A stretch of 63,929 bases of DNA, the filler included. It is 9 parts of 9 records of this genome, joined end to end, with 100 filler letters (N's around TTAATTAATTAA, not from the genome) between each part and the next. Parts side by side here need not be neighbours in the genome. Positions count along the whole stretch, not along the records: positions 11,161 to 21,239 come from SRR31156797_33078; positions 21,340 to 27,073 come from SRR31156797_33113; positions 27,174 to 34,239 come from SRR31156797_33146; 6 more parts are not named here. One strand, written 5' to 3'. Within the stretch, counting starts at the first letter, position 1. Each line of letters begins with the position of its first letter. A model generated the notes under the pieces. The model saw only the letters and a list, made by a program, of their open reading frames with translations, ran no database searches and was not told the origin of the DNA. Of the stretch, positions 20,003 through 28,503 are shown in pieces. The position numbers and the translations under genes are program-made.

Positions 20003-20076
20003 TAACAAATCTGCTTTCTTCGTGACACGTTCTTTCCCAAACAATAAATAATATTAATATTTGAAAAAACTGCAAC

Positions 20077-20583
20077 ATGAAAAAACTGTCTGTCATTTTA
20101 TTTATTGTATTCTTTAGTTTGAGCACTTTTGCCCAGGATGAATTTACCCATGTAAAAGTTGGCGACAAGGCTCCGGATTTCTCCATAACACTGGAAGATG
20201 GCTCGGTTAAAAAACTTTCAGACCTAAAAGGGAAAGTGGTATGGATTAACTTTTTTGCCACCTGGTGTCCTCCGTGTCGAAAAGAATTGCCACATCTTGA
20301 AAAAGAAGTTTATAAAAAATTTCTCGGCAATAAAAAGTTTGAGGTTCTGGTTATTGGTCGTGAACATGATTGGGCTGCGCTGAATAAATTTAAACACGAT
20401 AATAATTTTGTACTTCCGTTTTACCCTGATCCGGAAAGGAAAATATTTTCAAAATACGCTAAACAAAATATTCCCCGAAATTTTGTGATCGATGCTAATG
20501 GGGAGATTGCTGTTTCGTCAATTGGTTTTAAAGAGTCGGAATTCAAAGAAATAATTGCAAAGGTTGAAGCATTACTGAAATAG
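20077..20583 (+). CDS. TlpA-family thiol-disulfide oxidoreductase
   Basis: Signal peptide; GDKAPDF, NFFATWCPPCRKELP, IPRNFVID. Confidence 0.92.
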   Translation: MKKLSVILFIVFFSLSTFAQDEFTHVKVGDKAPDFSITLEDGSVKKLSDLKGKVVWINFFATWCPPCRKELPHLEKEVYKKFLGNKKFEVLVIGREHDWAALNKFKHDNNFVLPFYPDPERKIFSKYAKQNIPRNFVIDANGEIAVSSIGFKESEFKEIIAKVEALLK

Positions 20584-20603
20584 CAAATATCACTGATATT
20601 GAG

Positions 20604-20635
20604 AAAGCTGATTGAAGAAACAATCAGCTTTTTTT
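20604..20635 (+). terminator. Intrinsic terminator
   Basis: AAAGCTGATTG-AAGAAA-CAATCAGCTTTTTTT. Confidence 0.8.
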
Positions 20636-20692
20636 ATGACTTTTTACCCATCATCACACAATTTTAATTAGTCAAACCTTAAAAACACAATA

Positions 20693-20964
20693 GGCTCTTG
20701 ATAATCAATTTATAACAAATCTTATTTCGTTTCTAAAAATGCTAGCAATTAAGTTTTTTGGTTAAAAAGCTTGTAGATATGGTTGGAAAACAAAGCACCA
20801 CAGTTGAGTATTTTTACACGCCTTTGAGGAGGTTCATCAATTTAAAGCATGAACTGTGTATTTTATCTGAACAAATAGACTGGCATTCAATTGAGAAAGA
20901 ATTTTCTGTTTACCATTCAGAAACAATTAGCAATTCAGTGGCTTTTTCCTTTGTTCGTGTATAA
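20693..20964 (+). mobile_element. IS5-family remnant (transposase N-terminal fragment)
   Basis: PLRRFINLKHELCILSEQIDWHSIEKEFS resembles IS5 transposase N-termini; GGCTCTTG at 20693 resembles an IS5 end; no DDE part. Confidence 0.55.
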
Positions 20965-21073
20965 ATTAAACATTGGTAACCGGCTTTGTACAAATGGTTT
21001 ACCATCGATTTTCCCATCACACCGGTTCCAATCCATCCTATTTTTATTGTTTTTTGCATAGTAATATTAAAAA

Positions 21074-21239
21074 ATGAAAGCCAAAGCTACCCAATCAACT
21101 GAAGTAGTACAAGTCTCTAACGATTTTTGTTTTTTACAGGAATCCTTGCCAGGCGTACCTTTCCATCTTCTACCTCAATCCATGTTAAACGATGCCAAAG
21201 TTTTTCAAGCGGACCTTGTTTGTATTTTCGTACCCACCA
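21074..21239 (+). CDS. Hypothetical protein (3' truncated)
   Basis: ATG after an A-rich Bacteroidota-type leader; open to contig end. Confidence 0.4.
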
Positions 21240-21339
21240 NNNNNNNNNNNNNNNNNNNNNNNNNNNNNNNNNNNNNNNNNNNNTTAATTAATTAANNNNN
21301 NNNNNNNNNNNNNNNNNNNNNNNNNNNNNNNNNNNNNNN
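21240..21339. other. Artificial contig linker
   Basis: N-run with TTAATTAATTAA. Confidence 0.99.
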
Positions 21340-23911
21340 CCACGACAAAATCAATTTCTTCTACAATAGCTTTAGCCTGTTCCTCTGAATAGCAAGCATT
21401 AAGAACCACACCTCGAATATTATCCTTCAACACTTTGAATAAATCAGCAAGTGCTTCAGAGGACACAAGTTTTTCTTGATTCTGTGCATCGGAATGGAGC
21501 ACTATACCGATCGGACCTCCCCCATGTCCAGAAAAATGAACGATGGTTGGCTCCACTTCAAGTAGCGCCTGATGAAGATCCCCTGGACGAAGTGCCCATT
21601 TGCTTTCAAACTCAACTTTGTCGCGTAGTCTTGCTGAGCGTACTTTTTCTTCGATTGCTCGAACCTCCTCATCAATTGCCAACCTTGCAGACCCCACTGG
21701 ATTTGCAGCAAAAAATAAAATTTTCACCATATCTTTGCGCCTTCTTACAATCCGATTTTGAACTGTTGCCGCCTGCACTTCCACTCCTAAAGGGGGATTC
21801 GACCAAAATCTCTCCCATCCACTCAACAAATCTCTCGCATACCATGCAACAGCGTTAAGTTCGGTTTTCCACGACCACCTAAAACGTTTAGCTGCGAATT
21901 TCCATTTTCGATAAAGAAGCAGATGCCCAAATTTTTCGTCGTGCCCCTCCTTCCACGAAAACCCTTCAGCAATAAGCAAGTCAACGACCTCATTCTCAGA
22001 TACTTCTGGAAACATTGTTACAAACTCAATAACGTTCTCTATTGATCCTCCCACGAGAACACTTCGTGCATTGGCTAAAATTCTCTTAACAATCCCCCCA
22101 ACGGGTTTCGATAACTTCTCACCAGCCATAAAAGAATCCAGCCATTCTGTGGCTGCGGCAGAGAGCAAGGACTCTCTACATTCATCTTGCAATGCACTCA
22201 AAAGAGCTTTTTGTTTAGAGTAACTTAAAACAGCTTTAGCCGCACGGTTACCAACATAAGATAAAATATGTTGACACGCTTCGTCTCCCTCAATACAACC
22301 ATCAAACAAGTGATGTACAAAACTAACGTCACATTTTTGGGATGGAAGCCCCCCCCCCGCATTGATGTGTGATGAAAGTAAAAGAGTTGCCCCACAAGCA
22401 TAAAAATCAACGTTGGTAAGCAACTTGATATCAGCAGTTGTTCTATTTACAGCTTGCGCAATTAATGGTTGCCATTTACTATCGATTGCTGCATCAACAA
22501 TCTCTCCAGATTTTCTTTCTTGAAGAAGTATGTCCAATCCGAGTTCTGGCTCTGCCACCTTTTTTCGTAGCACCCTCACGGCCTCTGTTAACGATTCAAC
22601 GTTATATAGAATACCCGCAAGAAGTCTGGGCCATTGTTTCTTAGCACTCAGTTCTATCGTACAAGTGTTTAATTTGGTTGGCAAATGCTTAGGTAAATAT
22701 TTAAGGAGGGAAGCCTCGGTACTGATATCAGCAGTAAAAAAACTTTGAGTCCATTCCACAGCATCTACGTTCAAAGACCACCAGCGCCAAACTGCTGATG
22801 CCCAATCAGTGTTCATACTTTTAAAAGCTTCATACAAACCGTTCCGAATCGCTCTCTGCCACCAAGCAGCATGATCGTTCGAAGCTTGATGCTCAAGTAT
22901 CCACAATGCATTTTCATCTAATTCGTTTTGAAGATTCTTCTGAATCCACCGAGCTGTAGCGAGTTCCAAATCCTTCAAAGCCTTTCCAGCGATAGAGAAT
23001 TTGGTTAGAGAAGCTCCCCGGATGTCTATAATCGTAAAATCACGCGTTGCGGATATTTCATTTATCAATAAATTAAGATCTTCAGACGGCAGAACAAAGC
23101 TTTCATCGAATGCCTCTATAGATCTGACAGCCACAAGGATATCGGAAAAGCTACCACGCCCTTCCCGGATAATTCTAAAAGTAGAAGCGATACGTTCTAT
23201 ACGTTTGAGAACAGTAAAGTCTCCTGGAAGTCGTTTCCAGTTTACGCAAAGCAGCCTCTCCAATTCAGGTACAGTTTTGCCTGAAAAATATGAGACTCCA
23301 TCTGTAATAGGCCATGGATTCTTACGATCTATCACTACTTGAGATTGCCAACGCGGCTTTAATTCTCTTGGAATGATAATTATATCGGGAACAAATCCAT
23401 TTTCCAGCGTTTCATTCCCAAAATACGTTCTAAGAGAAAATTTTTTTCGTGCAGCTGGCCAAAGCTTGGGCCAGAGAGAAAGAAGGAGTTTGGGTGCTAT
23501 TGAAATATCTGGCACAATCACAGGCCTAATGCCATTAACAAGAAGATCGACAACTAAGCCTGTCGGAGACTCACCACTTTCTAAAATTTCAAACGGAAAT
23601 AACTGAAGGATATTTTGGAAATTTTCAATGGAATCAATAGTCTCTATGGGGGTTAATAGAACATGAGTTTTGACCATATTTTTACGGGGAGCCTTATGAT
23701 CCTCTTCCCCACACCAAATAGCCCACCAGTTCCGCAGTTTTCCACAGCCCCAATAAGGAGTCCAAACGACCTCAGTGCCAATATGACCTGCCGGGCGATC
23801 AACCAAGAATCGAAGCTCTTCGAGCATAGATTCCTCTCCGATTAGACTAGTTTCAAGAAGTTGGTGACTACCAGCCCGATTTCCAAAAGTGGCACGTTCA
23901 AAAGATATCAT
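21340..23911 (-). CDS. GAP1-N1-type GTPase-associated protein fused to a C-terminal CHAT (caspase-like) protease (3' truncated)
   Basis: Start MISFERATFGNRAGSHQLLETSL with GAGG RBS; APRKNMVKTHVLL and LWPKLWPAARKKFSLRT; C-terminal KILFFAANP...HFSGHG...VVLNACYS with His/Cys dyad. Confidence 0.8.
22349..22358 (-). repeat. G10 homopolymer inside the GAP1-CHAT gene
   Basis: C10 on the + strand; codons GCG GGG GGG GGG (AGGG). Confidence 0.9.
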
Positions 23912-23915
23912 GGCT

Positions 23916-24764
23916 TCAAACCTCAAGCAACCATGCGACAGGAGCGGTAAGATCTTTTTTTTGATCTGTTGAACCCGGAGGGATAACGTATCCAAAATTC
24001 TCAGGGCCTCGCCTTGCGAACTCATCATCACGAGAATCCGCTTCTAAAGCTCGCCCCAACGATGAAAGAGCCCAAACAGACCAAGAATTCTCAGCCCATA
24101 CACTTCGAATAAAAGCATATAACAAAGGCAAACGCTTCTGGAAAACCTGTTCAGGAGTTCCTTCCTCATTAAGTTCATCCCAACACGAAAGAAGCACCGC
24201 AAGTCGAGGTCGTGAAATCTGCTCGAAAGTCGATTTGCCAGCAATAAAGAGTAACATTTGCAACAGCTCTACATATTGAGCTCTATCATCCCAACCAGAG
24301 CCTTCGGTTTTACATCCATTCGTATTAGTACGTTCCAGAGGTAGGCCTGTCGGTCGACTAAAAAGATCCTCATACAATTTAAGAGTCGAAGGACGAATAA
24401 CAAGCAACCATGCACGAGCTGCCGATATTGACTTTCGCCACTCTGAGGGAAGAACACGCCTTTCAACAATAGAGGAAAGACGTTCTCCAGCATAATCTGG
24501 CCACTCTAAAATTACATTCTCCCCGCTACGCGTCTCGAGTTCACACTTCATGCCTACCCACGTACTCGCTGATGTATGACCTGCAGTTCGACCTTCCTCA
24601 AGACATCCAAGGACTTCTTCAAATTTAGTGAGGTTATCAGTTCCCCCGGGCTTAAGCCTCAAAGCGCCTTGCCGATTATATCTTAGACGTCCTATCAATT
24701 GACCTGCATAGTGTGTCTTTCCAGCTGCAGGCCCACCAAGAACAAGGATATCACTTGCAGCCAT
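23916..24764 (-). CDS. TRAFAC-clade GTPase (second of a double-GTPase pair)
   Basis: G1 GGPAAGKT, G2 GHT, G3 DYAGE, variant G4 SCWD, G5-like SSLG; start MAASDIL at 24764. Confidence 0.85.
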   Translation of the reverse strand: MAASDILVLGGPAAGKTHYAGQLIGRLRYNRQGALRLKPGGTDNLTKFEEVLGCLEEGRTAGHTSASTWVGMKCELETRSGENVILEWPDYAGERLSSIVERRVLPSEWRKSISAARAWLLVIRPSTLKLYEDLFSRPTGLPLERTNTNGCKTEGSGWDDRAQYVELLQMLLFIAGKSTFEQISRPRLAVLLSCWDELNEEGTPEQVFQKRLPLLYAFIRSVWAENSWSVWALSSLGRALEADSRDDEFARRGPENFGYVIPPGSTDQKKDLTAPVAWLLEV

Positions 24765-25695
24765 AAGCCCCCCTGAATGCCCAAAAAGGTTCATTTTTCA
24801 CGAGAGGTTCGCAGAACCTCTCTTTACCTTGCTGTTTTTCACCAAGATCGATTGCTAAAGAAAACATTTTAATAATGGTATCAGGCTGCTCAATAGTTGT
24901 CTTCCATACTTCACTATAGGGAACAAACTGTAATCTGGACTGCTCAAGTGTTTCTCGATGTTCCGGGAGCAATTTAATATCTGCTTTGGTCCACGTAAAA
25001 CCAAGAGGGACATGTGATGCGACGGCACCCACTCGTTCTATCAAATTCCTTGTATTCCTACGAGCTTGAGGTAAAGTCTCATCATCCGACAGCGCAGCCT
25101 GATCTGCAAGCAACAACAATACATCTGATTTTTTAATGACCCAACGCGCACCATCAACGCTTTTATCGTTAGGTGATTTCGCCCACTGGGTAAACCATTC
25201 TCCTGGCGAATCTGCAAATAGAATATCTCGAAAAAAGCCCTTCTTGTTTCGCAAAGACAAATGGAGTAACCCTGGTACTCTTCCACTACTTGATGTATGA
25301 GGTGGAAACGACGGAGGCAGATCTCCAGACCATCTGCAACGCTGGACTATAGATTCCCATCCACCAAGAGTCCAAGAGCCACAGAAACTCCACTCAAAAA
25401 TCTCTCCATATTCAAGAAGCCACATGTACAAAAATGCTAGAAGCGAAGTTTTCCCTGATCCGGGAGCCCCCATTAGCCCCACAACAATTGGCCGACCTCT
25501 ACCCGCCAAAATAGAGAGATCTTTGGTACCCAAAGAATAGCTGTTCCAAGGGATATCACTCATGTCAGAATGAACTTCTATTTCAGAAGTCTTTTCTTTC
25601 TCAACAACCCAGTGCTCGCATTTCGTTCGGTCAACATGTCCCAGTGCACAAGTTGTATCTGAATAGCACCCCTTCTGCTTACAATGCCCTGTCAT
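24751..25695 (-). CDS. TRAFAC-clade GTPase (first of pair) with N-terminal Cys/His motif
   Basis: G1 GAPGSGKT, G2 PPHT, G3 DSPGE, G4 TKAD; N-terminal C-x4-C-x5-C-x2-GH-x5-C-x-HW. Confidence 0.85.
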   Translation of the reverse strand: MTGHCKQKGCYSDTTCALGHVDRTKCEHWVVEKEKTSEIEVHSDMSDIPWNSYSLGTKDLSILAGRGRPIVVGLMGAPGSGKTSLLAFLYMWLLEYGEIFEWSFCGSWTLGGWESIVQRCRWSGDLPPSFPPHTSSSGRVPGLLHLSLRNKKGFFRDILFADSPGEWFTQWAKSPNDKSVDGARWVIKKSDVLLLLADQAALSDDETLPQARRNTRNLIERVGAVASHVPLGFTWTKADIKLLPEHRETLEQSRLQFVPYSEVWKTTIEQPDTIIKMFSLAIDLGEKQQGKERFCEPLVKNEPFWAFRGAYGCK

Positions 25696-27001
25696 TTGAT
25701 CCCCTTATAAGCCTTTGAGCTTGCAAATCACGAAAAATCCACATAGCAAAGTCAGGTAATGAGAGTTCCATATTCGGATTAAGCCCTGCTCTCTCCTGCA
25801 CTTTTTCAGAACTAATTGAGACCTCACTAATGGCTTCCGCGATCAATCCCAATAGAGGTTGACGCATGCTGTTGTTCAACGCTTTAGGGACGGCCACTTG
25901 TGAAGCAAGATCGTTCTCATAAAGCTCGTCCAAATATTTCGTTATGAGCTGTGGTGTCGGTGTTTTATCTTTCGAAAAGAGTGCAGCAACTGTTTCACCA
26001 AGAACGTAAGTAACGCTTGCAGGTGCAAGGGGAGGAACTATTTTGGTTAAATCGACCGCCATGGCCAAAGCAGCGGTTGGCGCAGGTAGATTCCGATATC
26101 CGATCTTGAGGGCTGGAGAATACTTGGCTTTAGACCACCATAGAACATCCAATCGCATTCGAGCAAATTGTTGAGATTTAAACATCTCAGAGCGAATCAT
26201 CTCAATAGACTCAAAGTGATCTGCCATTTTTTCTTCTAAAATACCCATAGATTGCTGAAGATCTGCAAAAAACTTTTCTGAAACACGATTCATCCCAAGA
26301 TTGACCGCCTTCACCATAGCCGCAGTCATTCGTGGGGCAAATTCATATGCCCATTCAGTATGTGCATTGGGCCAATGCGGATTTGGGTCTTCGGGAGAGT
26401 TTCCGTCTCGATTATTCGGTCCGGCAGAACCAACGACATCCATAATAAGTTCACCGTCTTCGATTTCGGAGTCTGATTCCAAATTAAATAAATTTTCAAG
26501 ATCAATCTGTTTACTCTTCAGTTTTTTAGCATCTGACGGTACAAGACTTGTACAGGCTGCCGCCTCATTTTCTGCAGCCCCCCCGAACCCCTGTACAAGT
26601 TTATTTATAAGGTCTCCTTCCTTCCCAAACTTAGCTTGACCATGATTTAGCGGACTAATGGCGGTTTGATAGATGGCAGATGCTTTTTCTGGACTTCCCT
26701 CCGTCACCAAGACAAGGGCATTAATAATGATCGCTCGAAGGAGTTCACGAGGCCGATTTACATGCGTATTACGCATCGTTTTCCATTGTTCGATCACCAA
26801 ATCCTCAACCACATCAAAAAAAGGTTCGGTTTCTCCAATATCACTGTCGATCGAGACCAATGTCGCAGGAATTATAAGGTCCGGTTCACTCTCAAATCTG
26901 TCGACCAAAGCTGCACTTGCTGTTTCCATCTTAGAGAATCGGGCATCATCTGATCCAATATCCATAAGACCGAGGTTGAGTAGTTCTTGTAGAATTCTCA
27001 T
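25679..27001 (-). CDS. GASH (GTPase-associated system all-helical) protein
   Basis: GGGAGG RBS; LQELLNLGLMDIGSDDARF, WKTMRNTH..RPRELLRAII, RLDVLWW, WIFRDLQA; first gene of the GTPase operon. Confidence 0.75.
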   Translation of the reverse strand: MRILQELLNLGLMDIGSDDARFSKMETASAALVDRFESEPDLIIPATLVSIDSDIGETEPFFDVVEDLVIEQWKTMRNTHVNRPRELLRAIIINALVLVTEGSPEKASAIYQTAISPLNHGQAKFGKEGDLINKLVQGFGGAAENEAAACTSLVPSDAKKLKSKQIDLENLFNLESDSEIEDGELIMDVVGSAGPNNRDGNSPEDPNPHWPNAHTEWAYEFAPRMTAAMVKAVNLGMNRVSEKFFADLQQSMGILEEKMADHFESIEMIRSEMFKSQQFARMRLDVLWWSKAKYSPALKIGYRNLPAPTAALAMAVDLTKIVPPLAPASVTYVLGETVAALFSKDKTPTPQLITKYLDELYENDLASQVAVPKALNNSMRQPLLGLIAEAISEVSISSEKVQERAGLNPNMELSLPDFAMWIFRDLQAQRLIRGSNDRAL

Positions 27002-27073
27002 TGTAATAGCCCTCCCAAATCAATACAGGCTGTATTCTTTATCGAAATTTTAAGTAAGATTCATTTTTTTGCA

Positions 27074-27173
27074 NNNNNNNNNNNNNNNNNNNNNNNNNNN
27101 NNNNNNNNNNNNNNNNNTTAATTAATTAANNNNNNNNNNNNNNNNNNNNNNNNNNNNNNNNNNNNNNNNNNNN
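27074..27173. other. Artificial contig linker
   Basis: N-run with TTAATTAATTAA. Confidence 0.99.
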
Positions 27174-27620
27174 CAGGGTTATTGGAATTCGCTCCAAAAA
27201 ACCCTGAAAGACGCGAGTATTAATAGCCATGTCGAATTTCTGGGCCACGTTTCACCCGAGAATTTGGTGGATCTTTACCGCCGTTGTGGGGTGTTCGTAT
27301 TTCCTTCTTTGGTCGAAACTTTTGGAATCCCCTTGCTCGAGGCAATGGCATGCGGCGCCCCGATTGCCAGTTCCGACTCCGCTGCAATGCCGGAGGTTAT
27401 CGACGAATCAGGAGTTCTGTTCGAGCCCACGGATGTCGACGGCATTGCCGTTGCCGTCAACAAATTGATCAGGCATCCCGAACTCTGTCGAACGCTATCC
27501 GAAAAAGCGGTTGCGCGGGCAAGCAAATTCACCTGGAAGACAACCGCCGAGAAAACTATCGCGGTGATTAAGGAAGCCGCGGCCGAAGGCCGGAAACGAC
27601 GAGGGAAACCGGCCGAATAA
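27174..27620 (+). CDS. Glycosyltransferase family 4 (5' truncated)
   Basis: VEFLGHV...FVFPSLVETFGIPLLEAMACGAP...FTW. Confidence 0.9.
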   Translation, partial: QGYWNSLQKTLKDASINSHVEFLGHVSPENLVDLYRRCGVFVFPSLVETFGIPLLEAMACGAPIASSDSAAMPEVIDESGVLFEPTDVDGIAVAVNKLIRHPELCRTLSEKAVARASKFTWKTTAEKTIAVIKEAAAEGRKRRGKPAE

Positions 27621-27624
27621 ACCC

Positions 27625-28461
27625 CTAACCTTCAGTCAAAATCTCCATTTGTTCAGGATGTGACACTTCGATCATCGGCCCGTTCCATTTTTTGATCCAA
27701 CCGCGAATGCGGGTTCTTTTTCCCTCCAAATCCATTGGATCCAAACCTGCCGAAAGAAACATCGGCAGATCCCGGGTGCGCACAACAACGGTGAAATCGG
27801 TCCGCCAGTCGGCCGTGAAATTCAGATAGATTCGGCTGCGCACCCGTGCCGCCCCGAACACCCTGCCTTCAACGACCTGAAATGTCCCTGTGTCGTCGAC
27901 TGCCAAGTCCGTGTTTCGAATGGCGTAAAAGGAATCGGACCAGATACCCGCAAGGAGGGATCGGGCTTTGCGTTCGAGGGCGTACATTTCCGCCGCCAGT
28001 TTGCGGTTGTCGGCAAATGTATAAACGCGTGCCATGCCGATGCTTAGCAGGCGGCCCTGGACCCACCCTCCGTCATCCCGGAACAGATGTGCCAAAACCC
28101 GGCGGTGGCGGTCGATTCTGCGCCCCCCATAGCGCAGTTCGACCCGTTTTCCTAGGATCAGCTTTTCCAGTTCGCTTTTAGCCTCGCCGGCGAGAGGCCA
28201 GGCTTTGAAGCCCTCCCGGCCCAACGGCAATTTCGGCGCCTGAATACCGACCAGACGTACCTGACGACCGTCGTCCAGGACCACCGTATCGCCGTCGACA
28301 ACCCCGGAAACCAGGGCTGTCCCGCCGGGGGCCAAGGCATCCCGGGGTTCGCCGGCGACACCGGCCGCAAACGCCACCGCGGTCAGCGCCAGTACGAAAA
28401 CCCATGCAATTACCCGCACCCGGAAAGCAAGGCGGTTCTCAACCGGTTGGAACAAAAGCAC
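27625..28461 (-). CDS. Thermonuclease (SNase) family protein with C-terminal OB-like domain
   Basis: VVDGDTV, VRLVGIQAP, DRHRRVLAH, GMARVY, GIW; start uncertain. Confidence 0.9.
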   Translation of the reverse strand: MLLFQPVENRLAFRVRVIAWVFVLALTAVAFAAGVAGEPRDALAPGGTALVSGVVDGDTVVLDDGRQVRLVGIQAPKLPLGREGFKAWPLAGEAKSELEKLILGKRVELRYGGRRIDRHRRVLAHLFRDDGGWVQGRLLSIGMARVYTFADNRKLAAEMYALERKARSLLAGIWSDSFYAIRNTDLAVDDTGTFQVVEGRVFGAARVRSRIYLNFTADWRTDFTVVVRTRDLPMFLSAGLDPMDLEGKRTRIRGWIKKWNGPMIEVSHPEQMEILTEG

Positions 28462-28503
28462 CGCCGTCTCCGATCAGCGTGAATGCCAGGGGGAAACGCA
28501 TCA

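Noticed and set aside
23912-24031. N-terminal extension of the 915-aa ORF (MMMSSQ...)
   Set aside because: Overlaps the GTPase gene; the RBS and domain start point to ATG 23911
27625-28461. Thermonuclease as effector of the GTPase operon
   Set aside because: Separated by a linker and from a different organism, judging by GC and codon usage
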